Shown piece by piece: positions 1-13,347 of a stretch of DNA of 64,000 nt (positions are counted from its first letter, which is position 1; each line of letters starts with the position of its first letter). The stretch lies in NCBI GenBank assembly GCA_951406725.2, contig OX597821.1, forward strand, positions 33,170,001 through 33,234,000, given 5' to 3'. Both the position numbers and the translations under genes were made by a program. The stretch comes from Octopus vulgaris (taxonomy: Eukaryota). The notes beneath the pieces were generated by a model, which saw nothing but the letters and a program-made list of their open reading frames with translations, was not told the DNA's origin and ran no database searches.

Positions 1-1003
1 GAATATGGGTGGTCGCTTAGTTGAATTTCTCAGCACAGGTAAGACATGATCTTTTACAAGTATTTTATAAACTCCTGCATTTACCTTTCCATGTAATCGC
101 ACCAAAGGGCCCACACCATCTCCAGATATCATTCCCCAAACCATGACACTTCCTCCACCGAATTTAACACTAGTCTTAAGGCATTTAGGCGACAATTTTT
201 CATTAGATTTGTCACTGAAATGCACCGTTTGCCATTTTTCTTGAGACCACAACACATGTTCGGTTGCAAAGGTAAGACGACACTTTTTATTCTTAGAGCT
301 GATCAGTGGCTTCACTGCAGGTGCTCTTGCTTGTAGGTCATGTTCAACTAAATGATGAGACAGTTTTTTGAGATAAAGTTTTCTTCAGTACGATGCTCAT
401 TTCCAGAGAAACAGCAGCAGCAGTTTTAAATCTGTCCTTTTTAACCAACTTTACCATAGCACGATCTTCTCTCTTGGTCGTTTTTCTTGGCCTACCTGTA
501 GACTGTCTTGCTTCACACGAACCACAATCATCGTAGACCTTAAGAATACCGTGAACAACACTTTTTGACTGGTTAACAATCTTTGCAATAGACCCAATAC
601 TTAAATTATCCTTCTTTCGAAGCTTAATAATCTGCTGACGAATTGGTAACGGAGTAAATGGCATTATATTAACAAAGTACGCTGTAGGTATTCTTACTAA
701 TGTTTAGTAAATGAACCGTCGCGTGAACAAATTCAAAACAGAGTTCGCCGGTCAAATATACTAAAACACGGAGTAAAAGCAACCATTCTGATCATTTTGG
801 CCGTCATGGGTTTTGCAGTAAATCACTAAATCATCCATAACTTTTGTATTATCCTCTCAAATTACACCAAAATCTCAGACAATAACAATTAATATCGTAT
901 CTATTGTCTGTGAAAATTATAGAATATAAAACAACTTTGATAAAAACTTATACCTACTTTTCTGACGAAAACAATGCCATTCTGAACATTTTGGCCACAA
1001 CTG
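1..1003 (-). mobile_element. Tc1-family DNA transposon, left end and decayed transposase (runs off window start)
   Basis: ORF 344-664 encodes a paired-like HTH and GRPRKTT motif. After a stop/frameshift the minus strand reads KPLIS..NKKCRLTFA..H..W..EKWQTVHFSD and VKFGGGSVMVWG. The terminus reads CAGTTGTGGCCAAAA next to TA/(TA)n. An inner repeat of the terminal motif (ccattctga..ttttggcc) at ~783-802 suggests IR/DR-type ends. Confidence 0.92.
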
Positions 1004-1020
1004 TATATATATATATATAT

Positions 1021-1369
1021 AATTTAAAGGACTGACCACTAAAAGTGGACGGTCAATATGCTAGATATAGACGTCAAAATCGCTATTTTCCACGAAGAAT
1101 GTGTTCTCATAGGTAATCGTTTTTGATTTCATATCTTTTCATTTGTCTTGCTTATTTTTTACTCTTTGGTTTTGTGCTGAGTTTTTTCTTGAGAACACAT
1201 TCTTCGTGGAAAATAGCGATTTTGACGTCTATATCTAGCATATTGACCGTCCACTTTTAGTGGTCAGTCCTTTAAATTTTGTATGTAAAAAATATTTTAA
1301 TCTTTGGATTTTTTTTAATATGCTAGGCCACTAGTTTTAATTGATTAATATCAATTTCTACCCTTATTC

Positions 1370-1374
<5 letters not shown>
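1021..1374. mobile_element. Small (TA)n-flanked element with a perfect 89-bp inverted repeat (possible Penelope-like relic)
   Basis: 1021-1109 is the reverse complement of 1190-1278, and (TA)n lies on both sides. The family assignment is inference. Confidence 0.6.
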
Positions 1375-1415
<41 letters not shown>

Positions 1416-2133
1416 GATGCCACACACACTTTCATACCAACACTGAATGACAATGTTGATATCAATCAGGCCCCTATGATGTGTTAGAATGCTTTCAAAG
1501 TAGCATGGTAACATTAATAAATTAATATAGCCATGTTGTCAATAAAGATGGCAAATAAAATCAATGTTACTTAAATGTAATGAAATGAAAATAATAATAA
1601 AACAAAAGTTAAAATATAGAAAACTACCTTTATTTTTAAATACAGATATTTACATGCAATAGGTTTTGCATTGAACAATCATGGAAAAAACATCTTTTTA
1701 TTCCTTTTTAGTTTAGTTTAGTATTTATTTTAAAAGTACATAAACTGAAAATGTAACCAATTTCAGAGAAAGGATCACACAATAACACTGAGCATGCAGA
1801 GTGTCTGTAGGGACTATTTAATGTAATTTAATATTACAGTTTTAGTGAAAACTTTCTCAAAAAATAAAATCCTTGGTTGTAATTATTTTCTACATGGCGT
1901 TACTATTTTTATTTGATTATTTCATTTTTTTTGTTTTGTTTTTCTAGTTCTAGTTCTGCTAAATGTCACGTAGAGTAGCCTGCGAGAAAATAATGGGAGA
2001 AGGCAGGTATGCTCCAACTTTAACATAAGCGAGCGACTGTCCTTCCAATTTGTTAATGGGTATTGCAAATGTTGGATGTTATCTCTACATAATACTATTG
2101 ATCCTTCTCAGTGAGCACACATGTCTGTAGATG

Positions 2134-2215
<82 letters not shown>

Positions 2216-2226
2216 CACACATATAT

Positions 2227-2271
<45 letters not shown>

Positions 2272-2574
2272 TATACACATACACACATATATATACATAC
2301 ATATATATATATACATACATATATATATATATACATATATACATACATATATATATACACATACACACATATATATACATACATATATATATATACATAC
2401 ATATATACATACATATACATACATATATATATATATATACATACATACCTATATATACATATACATACATACCTATATACATACATATATATATACATAC
2501 ATACATATATATATACATACACATATACATACATATATACATACAGATGATGATGATATACATATACATACATA
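2134..2574. repeat. Compound (TA)n/(TACA)n microsatellite
   Basis: Directly visible. Confidence 0.97.
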
Positions 2575-2661
2575 TTAACCCATGCTAGCATGGAGAACGG
2601 ACGTTAAACGATGATGATGATGATGATGATGATTATACATACATATTTATACATACATATT

Positions 2662-2716
<55 letters not shown>

Positions 2717-2717
<1 letters not shown>

Positions 2718-3108
2718 GAGGCGCAATGGCCCATTGGTTAAGGCAGCGGACTCGTGGTCGTAGGATCGCGGTTTGGTTAAGGCAGCGGACTCGTGGTCGT
2801 AGGATCGCGGTTTCGATTCCCAGACCGGGCGTTGTGAGTGTTTATTGAGCAAAAACACCTAAAGCTCCACGAGGCTCCGGCAGGGATGGTGGTGATCCCT
2901 GCTGTACTCTTTCACCACAACTTTCTCTCACTCTTACTTCCTGTTTCTGTTGTACCTGTATTTCAAAAGGGTGAATATCCCCGAGAACTACGTTAAGGGT
3001 ACACGTGTCTGTGGAGTGCTCAACCACTTGCACGTTAATTTCACGAGCAGGCTGTTCCGTTGATCAGATCAACCGGAACCCTCGTCGTCGTAACCAACGG
3101 AGTGCTTC
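2717..3108 (+). mobile_element. tRNA-derived SINE family B, with internal ~40-bp duplication in the head
   Basis: Head GGAGGCGCAATGGCCCATTGGTTAAGG..GGTTTCGATTCCC has A/B boxes. Related copies at 48382-48661(-), 12587-12915(+), 21697-22025(-), 60821-61035(+). Confidence 0.85.
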
Positions 3109-3111
3109 CAA

Positions 3112-3144
3112 ATATATACATACATATTTATATACATACATATT

Positions 3145-3176
<32 letters not shown>

Positions 3177-3194
3177 CATATTTATATACATACA

Positions 3195-3230
<36 letters not shown>

Positions 3231-3369
3231 CATACATATTTATATACATACATATTTATATACATACATATATATATATAATATATATATATATATATAA
3301 ATACATATATACATATATATTTATATACATATATATATATATATATACATACATATTTATATACATACA

Positions 3370-3413
<44 letters not shown>

Positions 3414-3431
3414 CATATTTATATACATACA

Positions 3432-3475
<44 letters not shown>

Positions 3476-3552
3476 TATATATGCACACACATACAGAATG
3501 TGTACAAACAAAAGAGAAATGCATTCAAAACATTATATAGAATATATATATA
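3112..3552. repeat. Compound (TA)n microsatellite
   Basis: Directly visible. Confidence 0.95.
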
Positions 3553-3791
3553 TTTGTAGGTGGGCAGTTAGTGACTTGGCATAGTTATTACTCAAAGTTC
3601 CATAGGCACAAAAAAACCTGTGTCTATAAGGTGTCCACCATACAGCAGACATCTGATGAATTAGATACATGTTTTCACACCTTTGAAACTGAATATAGCT
3701 GCATAAATCACCGACTGTTTTCCTATGTGCCGTGGCTGTTTGTGTGTATGTATGTATGTATACATGCATGCATACATCTGGTTGTATGTTA

Positions 3792-4189
3792 CTCTCTTTT
3801 ACTTGTTTCAGTCATTTGACTACGGCCATGCTGGAGCACCGCCTTCAGTCGAGCAAATCGACCCCGGGACTTATTCTTTGTAAGCCCAGTACTTATTCTA
3901 TCGGTCTCTTTTTGCCGAACCGGTAAGTGACGGGGACGTAAACACACCAGCATCGGTTGTCAAGCAATGCTAGGGGGACAAACACAGACACACTAACACA
4001 CATACATATATATATATACATATATACGACAGGCTTCTTTCAGTTTCCGTCTACCAAATCCACTCACAAGGTATTGGTCGGCCCGGGGCTATAGCAGAAG
4101 ACACTTGCCCAAGATGCCACGCAGTGGGACTGAACCCAGAACCATGTGGTTGGTTAGCAAGCTACTTACCACACAGCCACTCCTGCGCC
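3792..4189 (-). mobile_element. tRNA-derived CORE-like SINE family A, full length
   Basis: Head GGCGCAGGAGTGGCTGTGTGGTAAG..GGTTCAGTCCC, CORE-like CTTGGGCAAGT, internal microsatellite and tail GACTGAAACAAGTAAAAGAG. Many near-identical copies in the window. Confidence 0.9.
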
Positions 4190-4760
4190 TCAAAAAATTA
4201 TAAAAAATTTTTTTTTTAAATTAAAGCAAGGAAAGAACAAACACTAAAAACATCAACACTTTAATATTCCCAAATATGTACACCAATAACAAAACCATAT
4301 AAAAAAAAGAATAAAGAATGATTACAATTCATCATAATCAACATTATCATATTCAATATTCATTATCGTAAATAATGTCCTTTATTTTATGCTAGCATTG
4401 CTAGTTGGATCTAAGATATGTATTGTTTTTTTTTGTACAATAAAGAATAAAAATTGTGTCATAGAACAACAGGCTGTTTTAGCCAGATTTCTTATCTTCC
4501 TCTCGATGTTGTTCACTAGAGAAGAGCAAAACCAAACATTTCAATTTATCTTCTAGGAAAGGAAGACATTTCCATTGACAGTTGTCAATCGTCTTTAAAT
4601 TTACATACATACAACAGTAACTAGTCTATTAACAGTGTATATACATTAAGTACGGCACATACATGGGTATTTTAATATATGTACCTATATATATACATAT
4701 ATGCACATGGTGTGTGTGTATATATATATTTAATATATATATATATAAACATATATACAT

Positions 4761-6120
4761 TATCATCATCATCATCGTTTAATGTCCGCTTTCCTTCCAG
4801 GCATGGGTTGGACGGTTTGACTGAGGACTGCTGAGCCAGAAGGCTGCACCAGGCTCCAATCTGATCTGGCAGAGGTTCTACAGGTGGATGCCCTTCCTAA
4901 CACCAACCACTCCTAGAGTGTAGCGGATGATTTTACATGCCACTGGCACGAGGGCCAGTCAGGCAGTTCTGGCAATGACCATGCTCAAAAGGTGTTTTTT
5001 ACATGCTACCTGCACAGGAGCCAGTCTGGCAGCATTGGCAACGACCATGCTCGAATGTCGTTTTACATGTGTCACTGGCACATGTGCCGGTAAGGCAATG
5101 CTGGCAATGATTATACTCAAATGGTGCTTTTTACGTGCCACCAGCTTGGAAGCCAATCCATGGCCTTGGCAATGATCACACTCGGATGTGTTTATAACAT
5201 TCCACTGGCACAAGTGCCAATCAAGTGGTAATGTCATCGGCCACGTCATTGATTTTGATTTTACTTCCCTCAATAGGTTTTCACAAGTGAAGTTTATTGT
5301 CCAATGAATGAAGGGTTCTTATAAGTGGGCTGGTTACACCTACTGGCATAGGCCACGGGCTATGGTTTCACTTGGCTTGTCGGGTTCTTCTCAAGCACAG
5401 CATATCTCCAAAGAGTCTCGGTCACTAGTCATTGCCTCGGTAAGGACCAATATTCGAAGGTCATGCTTCACCACCTCATCTCAGGTCTTCCTGGGTCTAC
5501 TACTTCCACAGGTTCCCTCAACTGCTAGGGTGTGACACTTTTTCACACAGCTGTCCCCATTCATTTGCAACACATGACCATACCAGCACAGTCATCTCTC
5601 TCTTGCACACCACATCTGATGCTTCTTAAATCCAACTTTTCTCTCAGGGCACTTACACACTGTCGTATATTCATACTGACATTACACATCCAGCGGAGAA
5701 TACTGGCTTCGTTCCTTGCAAGCTTACACGTCACCAGCAGTCATGTCCCATCTTTCACTGCCATGTAGCATGGCTGTTCGTACACATGCGTCATATAGTC
5801 TACCTTTTACTCTGAGTGAGAGGCCCTTTGTCACCAGCAGAGGTAGGAGCTCTCTGAACTTTGCCCAGGCTATTCTTATTCTAGCAGCTACACTTTCAGA
5901 GCATCCACCCCTGCTACTGACTTGGTCCCTTAGGTAACAAAAGCTATCAACTACTTCTAGTTTTTCTCCCTGGAATGTGACAGAAGCTGTTCTCTGCACA
6001 TTTTTAGTGTTTATAGCACCTGAGCATTTACCACATGCAAAAACAATCTTCCCCGTTAGCCTTCCTTTGATATTGCTGCACCTCTTATGTGTCCATAGCT
6101 TACACTGGGTACAACTTATG
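4761..6120 (-). mobile_element. 5'-truncated RTE-clade LINE (RT C-terminal half, repeat-containing 3' UTR, (ATG)n tail)
   Basis: ORF 5724-6164 has LEVVDSFCYL.D, ARIRIAWAKF and KGRLYDACVRTAMLHGSE.W. WYGHV and RPRKT follow downstream with stops. The (GAT)n tail is at ~4762-4776. Confidence 0.92.
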
Positions 6121-6627
6121 GAGTTTATATACGTATATAAACATGTATACACAGACACACACACATATATCCATTCAATGCTGATTAATCATTGTTATTC
6201 AGTCACTACTCTGAGTTTTGGGCTTGTGTGCATAAATTATTGCATACAAGTGTGAAACTGAGTACTAATTGGTAACTTCAAATGAATAAACTCAACATGT
6301 ATTGAGCACTTATTCTTCCATTTCTACACCCTAATGTGTGTGTATGCTTTGTTGGCAGCCATTACTAATGGTGTGATTAGGAGACAGGGTGAAAATATGA
6401 GTCTAATTTATGAGGGAGGCAGTGTAAATAGGGTGGCAGGGAGGTAGAGGTAATGGAAGTGGAAGAGAGACTGAGATGTAGCTATATGTTGGACTGGACG
6501 GAGACCGCATGATGAAAGGAGGAGTAAATAATGAGACCGAGAGTAATACATATCAAAAAGGAGTGAAAAGGAAGAAGAGAACAAAGGCAAAAGAGATTGA
6601 AAGATAAAAGGATAATAATATGTGTAG

Positions 6628-7061
6628 TGACGTACACTTGCCATTTAAATATAGCTAACCCCTAAGGGTAGATGCTACTGTAGTTTGTAGCCCCAGGAGG
6701 ACACCTCCTCCAGCTGGCTATAGACACACTTTCTGTGCCCTATCAGAAGCCATCCTTCCCGTCTTCAACTTATGATACATTCGAGTTTCTGGGTATTGAC
6801 CCGTCATCGGCGTGTGACAGTCACAGTTGTCAATGAGAAGTAGGTTCCCTTCACAAATACTTAAACCTTTTTCCAGTATCGATAGACACTGATATCGAAA
6901 AAGTGTAAACAAGCAATAATAAACCTCAGAGCGAGTTAAAAACAGTAGCTACAACACATCGTGACGTATATTTGCCATTTAAATATGGCTAGCCCCTAAG
7001 GGTGGATGCTACTGTAGTTTGTAGCCCCAGGAGGACATAACTCGCTCTGAGATTTATTATT
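6628..7061 (+). mobile_element. LTR-like repeat (~330 bp) plus partial tandem and inverted copy
   Basis: 6628-6702 is repeated at 6961-7037. AATAAA occurs near the 3' end and the unit ends ..CTACAACA. 6915-6938 is inverted at 7038-7061. Confidence 0.55.
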
Positions 7062-7542
7062 AATACATGTAGTGATAGTAAGAAAGTGGTGTGTGTGTAC
7101 ATGTAAAATATAAGCAAATATATTCACACAGGAATGCTCCGATTAAGGAAGCATCGCACTCCTGAAAATCTTGTCTTAATTTGGTAGACATCCTATGTAT
7201 GTATTTATGTATGCATGTATATATGTCCTTCTGTATGTATATAATTGTGTTTGTATATGTGTGAAAGTATGAATATGCAGGTTTGTGTCTCTTTGTTTTG
7301 ACATAGCATGACAGTTGTAAATGAGTGCCACTGTCATACAAGCAGTGTCGTTCATTTCTGATACTTTGAGAGAACTCTCACCTTGGATAAATATTACCTT
7401 GCAATGGAATCAGATTAGAGTTGGCAACAGGTTGGGCACCTGACCATAGAAAATCTGCTTTGATTTGATCCATGCAAGTGTAGAAAAATAGACCTTAAAA
7501 TGATGATATATATATATATACATATATGTGTGTTTATGTACT

Positions 7543-7784
7543 TTACTTTATACTTGTTTTAATCATTAGACTGCAGCCATACTGAGGTACCACCTTGAAG
7601 AATTTGTAGTCAAATGAATCAACCCCCAGCATTTTTTAAAGCCAAATACTTATTCTATTGGTCTCTTTTGCAAACCATTAAGTTCCAGGGACATAAACAC
7701 ACCACTTTTGGTTGTCAAGAGATGGTGGTGGTGGTGGTGGGGGGTACACGAACACAAATCCACACACATATATACATACATATT

Positions 7785-7823
<39 letters not shown>

Positions 7824-7982
7824 GATGGGCTTCTTTCAGTTTCCATTTACCAAACTCACTTGCAAGACTTTGGTCAGCCCGAGACTATAGTAGAAGACAC
7901 TTGCCCAAGGTGCTACACAGTGGGAATGAACCCTTAACCATGTGGTTGCAAAGCAAACTTCTTACTACAGCAACCCATGCCT
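7543..7982 (-). mobile_element. SINE family A, diverged copy
   Basis: Colinear similarity to 3792-4189. Confidence 0.8.
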
Positions 7983-8330
7983 ATACAATATATATACTAC
8001 ACACACACACAGTTCTTATTTGTTTTAGCTTACTAAAAGGTAAAATAGTCAATATACCATTGAATCAGAAGCACGTAAACTTAATGAATGTACCTAGATG
8101 GTTAACAAGATTACAAACCCTTACATAAAGGTTTTGTATAACTCACCAAGTGAGATTGTATTCAATCTCACTTGGTGTATGTGTATATGTATTGCTCAAG
8201 TTACTACTTAGCTCTGTGTTCTGAGGAGTAAGGTAACTGTGAATGGGAAAATAACAAACTCATTTGTCACAACTAACAATTTTCCCACAAGTTGATGGAC
8301 CTACTGTGTGGTGAGTATCCCTCAATGTAA

Positions 8331-8544
8331 ACCTTTTAGCATTTAAACTGGTCATATCCAGCTAGAACATTCTGTTTTATGCTCAGACCAGACAGACCTG
8401 GCTCCTCACATGTACCCTACAATGTCATTCTAAAAGTACACAGTAACAGGACCAAAATCTCAAAGCTACAAGACAATGCATTATTTTTTCAAGACAATGC
8501 GATTAAATAAGCATTGCTTTTGACAGAATTTGAATTCTAAAGGG
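8331..8544. mobile_element. piggyBac-type MITE (inverted relative to 11745-11965)
   Basis: Ends CCTTTTAGC..CTAAAGGG|TTAA; internal similarity to the 11745 copy. Confidence 0.7.
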
Positions 8545-9375
8545 TTAAATTAGAATTTCATACAAATGACTCATAAATACAGATTTTCGTAGTTGATCCA
8601 AGATGCCAAATGGAAAAAAAAAAAAACATAAAGGAAATTATTTAATTATTTACATAAAAAAATGAATGTAACAATCACCGCCATCATCATAATTTACAAT
8701 ATTAAGTGTCAAATGTTCATTTTGATGATAGTGCTAGTTCTTGTAATAATAATAATAATGATGATTGTGATGATGACTTTAAATAGAAACTTTAAAAGTT
8801 CATTCCTTTATCACAGATATTCATTACTCAGGAATATGTTCCTTCTTCAAAATGATCCAGCAAGCATATTTCAAATGCTTAACTTCCCCCACCCCACCCC
8901 AGAAACTCCTGGGAATTTTTTAATAATCTCGACAAGAGAAATAAAGAAATTTTTTTTAAAGTGAGAGGAGTTGGATGGAATTGAATTAGAAATAACTGGC
9001 TCTTAGAGACAAGCAAGAAAAAGAAAGTTTCTTTAAAAGAATATTAATCAATATTTTGGCTTTGAACCTTTTCCCGAAGCCATGATTGATTAAATGAAAT
9101 GTCCCAGGTTCAGCCTAGAATTGAAACCTAATAGTCTCCTTTGCTTCACTGTGAATATATCAATCTTTGTTATTGCAATAGAAGATCAGACAATAAAAAG
9201 TCAATTGAAGTGTGTGACTACTGCTGGCCTCAGAAAAATGAAACACAAAGTCAACTTCAAAAAGATCTGATCTTGAAAACAGTGAATGAACCTAAATATT
9301 AATGCATCAAGTCTGGGGCTTGAACACTCCTGCTTTATTTCTCATATTAGGGCTCAATAATAATAACAACAGCAA

Positions 9376-9800
9376 TAATTTCAAATTTTGGCACAGGGCC
9401 AGCAATTTTAGTGAGGTGGTATTAGTAAATACTATTGACCTCAGTACTTAATTAGTACTTTATTTTATCAACCTCGAAAGGGCTAAACTGACCAAAGCCA
9501 GAATGTAAGCCACAAGGTAGTTTTTCTGAAGCTCAACTGATTCAGCCAATCTACTGCCCTTAAATAATTACTTCTAACTTTAAGCACAAGGCCAGCTATC
9601 TTGAGAGTAGGGGGTTAGTCAATTACGTCAACCCTAGTACCTGACTGATACTTTATTTTATCAATCCCTTAACGATGAAAGGCAAAGTCGACCTTGGCAA
9701 GAATTGAACTCAGAATTTATAGTACACAGTTTATTATACTGACTCCAGTATTTGAATTCTCAGGATAACAGGTAAAATCAACCTCAGAGGAATTTGAACC
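9376..9800 (-). mobile_element. Cluster of degenerate SINE family D fragments
   Basis: Repeated GATGAAAGGCAAAGTCGACCT..GAACTCAGAAT-like blocks. Confidence 0.65.
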
Positions 9801-11675
9801 TAATTTTTTTGACCCAGGTTTGAAAGCCTTGTACTTCAAGGGTTGCGGTAATTTTTATATTCCTTTACCAACATCATATGTCCTAAATTTATTGAAAATG
9901 GCTCCATGATTGAAACTATCTCTCTCTTAGGCACAAATCCATTTTTTCTTAAATGGACATATGCAGTTTATTATATAGACAGCAGTTTATTATTGGTACA
10001 TATCAAACTCAGTTGGATGAAAGACAAAGTGTTGGCGCTAGCAAGATCTGAACCACAAGCAGCACAAAATACAACAAATTATAAGATCTAGTGCTTGACT
10101 AACTTATTCAACTTCCTTGCCTTCCTTTATAAATAATAGTGATAAACATGTATTTGCCCCAAGGGCATCAGAAATAAAAAAACAATAACAAGTCAGATCA
10201 AAAGCTTTAACATTGTTCTTTCAAACTTTGAAAAAATGTTGAACATTCAAAAAGATTTTCATTTTAATTTAGAAAATATATATACACTATAAAACAAATA
10301 CATACATCTTGTAAATATGAGTTATTTATACTGGACAAATAAAAACAATCTGAAAACCCAAACAAGTGTCAACATAAGTCAAATGCATTCTCCCTGATCC
10401 AGCTGGCAAATAAAACTGAATTATTGAACCTTTCACTCTTATCAAAGAGACAACTTTCATTCATCATCTTTCATAAAATTTACTTCTCCTTCTGTTCTCA
10501 CCTTTGATAAGGGTTCTGTTCACAAACAAGCAATCTGAGATCAACCCTTTCAATTTCATCCACTACACAAGATCTTCCACTCTGGCCAAAAGAAGAAAAC
10601 TGTTCGCGTTGACTTGGCAAAAGAAGTTGGGAACAAAAAAAAAGTCATCAGACTAGTTTCAGTTTCCTTCATGCAAAACTAACTGGGAAGGCAATCCATA
10701 AGCACTGGACGAGTTTATGTACAACAGTTTCTTCATTGTGTCACATCCCAGACATGTCCAACTTTTATATTGCCATGCCTATGCAACTTATCTCAAAGTG
10801 ACAAAGACTGCTATTTCCAGGCAGATTTTCTATGCCAAGGAATTTTGAAAATTGTCCATAATCTTTAAACAAAAGTTATCTAGAAAATTTTGCCAGTTGC
10901 TTTTGTCAACACCCACAGTGACATCCCAGACCATCACTGATCATAAAATGCAAAGGTATTAATTTATTTATTTTTAACTTGTGGCACAGCTAGTGTCTGG
11001 CAACACTCAAGATAACATGTAACAATCATTGGACTATATTTGATACAAGAAAAGAACTCAGTCAAAGAAAGCTGCAATGAGGAGGCATGGTTACTAGATG
11101 GAAATCAAACCTGCTTCAAGAATGTCTGCTGACACCTCAAACCCATCATTATACACCTGGAGAAAAACAAAGTCTACTGCAAGACCCCTGTATATGTGCC
11201 TAATTCAACATTGCAGTTGTTGTCAAGCTGAAAGTGCCTTCCAGACACAGTGAATGACCATTATCATCAAACAGATGAAAAGTAATATAAACATGTACCA
11301 ATTATGACACTTTACTACAACCTGGCCACATTCATATTGGGTATACCTGTCCAGACTAAGATTAATGCAAAGCAGATATGAGAATTGAGTTCTGGCAAGA
11401 AAATCTCTGTACTCTGATAAATATTTTGACCAAAGCATTGCCCTGAAGGAATTTGAGGAACTGTCAAGGTGTAAGGATCTTGAAATAATAATTGGAGTAT
11501 TAGGTATAATAATAACACAATAAAAAAAAGCATTAAAAAGCTATGTCAGAGGTTATTACCCCATATGAAACAGCCAAAAATGCTGTTAGGAATAGCACAT
11601 ATCCTATGTAGGACACTTTCAATTCAATAGCACAACTCAGACAATAAATGAAACATACAACTTATATGGTATATA

Positions 11676-12061
11676 CTATATTTTAACGTGTATAAGGAAC
11701 CCCCTAATTTTTGGAGCTTAAAATTTGGAAAAAAAGGTCTTTAACCCTTTAGTGTTCACATTATTCTGCCAAAATTAATCCTTTTTCATCCACATTGTTT
11801 TGAACTAATCATGCATTATCTTGTAGCTATGAGATTTTGAAGAGGTAGCTGTTAATTTTTAAAACGATATTGTAGGGTTGGTGTGAGAGACTAGATCTGG
11901 CCAGTTTGAACATAAAACAGGCAGAATACTTTTGGCCGGATATGGCCAGTTTAAATGCTAAAGGGTTAAGGGATTAAAATACTATCCATGTATAAGAAAC
12001 TCCCATATTTTTTAACCTAACTTTTGACAAAAAAGGGTTCCTTATACATGTTAAAATACAG
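11676..12061. mobile_element. pogo/Tigger-like MITE interrupted by a piggyBac MITE
   Basis: TIRs CTATATTTTAACGTGTATAAGGAACCC / GGGTTCCTTATACATGTTAAAATACAG. Confidence 0.75.
11745..11965. mobile_element. piggyBac-type MITE with TTAA target-site duplication
   Basis: TTAA|CCCTTTAG...CTAAAGGG|TTAA. Confidence 0.85.
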
Positions 12062-12586
12062 TTAAAATACATTCGATGAAATAACAACCACATAGCACAT
12101 ACTTTACACATCACAATCCAAATAAAATAATACAACACTTACATATATTCGTATGTAACTGACACATCATACTATAACACACAACCTCATACAACCCCAA
12201 ACTACAACATACACCACTCAAAACTCAAATTCTACACAATTACCAACCAATGATATAACAACCCATGCAGCATATACTCTAAAGCAGTGATTCTTCACCA
12301 TCTTTTTTTTTTCGTAGCACCCACCTAGGTGGTGAGTGAGGTATCACAACTAAACTAACTTAAAATGGATGATAATTTATAAGTTTTACTCAAAGAATGG
12401 GTTGTATAAGCTATTAACAGTGGACAAACAATTAATAAAGACAAAAGTTGTAAATTTACTTTATACATTACAAGTCAATGACATCCTGTGCCAGATGAGA
12501 TCTAGCTAAATTTTCTATATCAAGTTGAGCTACTGTCTAGATTCTTCACAGTTGCTTGACCTACTAGAAATAGCAGCATACTACTT

Positions 12587-12915
12587 ATGGCTCTGTGGTT
12601 AAAGCATTGGGCTTGCAATCATGGGATTAAGAGTTTGATTTCTGGATTGGGCTGTGTGTTGTGTTCTTGAGCAAGATGCTTTATTTCACATTGCTCCAGT
12701 TCACTCAGCTGTAGAAATGAGTTGCGACGTCACAGGTGCCAAGCTGTATCGGTCCCTTTGCCTTTCCCTTGGATACCATTGGTGGCATGAAGAAGGGAGA
12801 CTGGCATGCATGGGTGACTACTGGTCTTCCATAAACAACCTTGCCTGGACTTGCGCCTTGGGTGGGGGAACTTTCTAGGTGTAATCCCATGGTCATTCGT
12901 GATTGAAGGGGTCTT
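12587..12915 (+). mobile_element. tRNA-derived SINE (family B-related)
   Basis: Degenerate A/B boxes; reverse-complement homolog at 21697-22025. Confidence 0.75.
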
Positions 12916-12983
12916 TACTTATCTCTCACTTTTATTTTAATAATCATTATAATACAATTACTACAATGGGTAAAATTTAGTAT

Positions 12984-13347
12984 GTTAAGTTTAAGTTAAT
13001 TTTTTGGCTCAAAAATCAAAAGCAAGGCCATGTAGGGGGACATGGAGTTATGTACAGGGAGGGTGTTCGTGCAAAGAGTTCAGGCCATTTCTGGTCAAGA
13101 GAGTCTTTGAACCGAGTGGTCGTCGGCATCTTCACCATCTCGTCCAGCAGCTTATTCCATGGATCCACAACCCGGACAGAGAAAGCCCCTCTCCATCGAT
13201 TGAGATGAAATCGTCGCAGATAGAGCTTTTCGGAGTGACCCCGCAGCCCACTCTCTGGAGCAGGAGTAAAGAACAGCTCTTTCGAGAGGTTACACTTTCC
13301 GCTTATGATGTTGTGAGCGAGAATGAGATCAGCACGGCGTCGTCGTT
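12984..13347 (-). mobile_element. CR1-group LINE 3' fragment with (TTAAC)n tail
   Basis: Manual minus-strand translation: RRRRADLILAHNII..LRGHSEKL..AFSVRVVDPWNKL..FKDSLD. Confidence 0.85.

Noticed and set aside
2095-2591. Long YI/IY-rich ORFs (also 23634-27387, 30347-31638, 52248-53038, 54163-54929)
   Set aside because: They are translations of (TA)n/(TACA)n microsatellites, which lack stop codons in all frames
2717-2830. tRNA gene
   Set aside because: The A/B-box head runs into a SINE body and has no intact cloverleaf; the same applies to the other SINE heads
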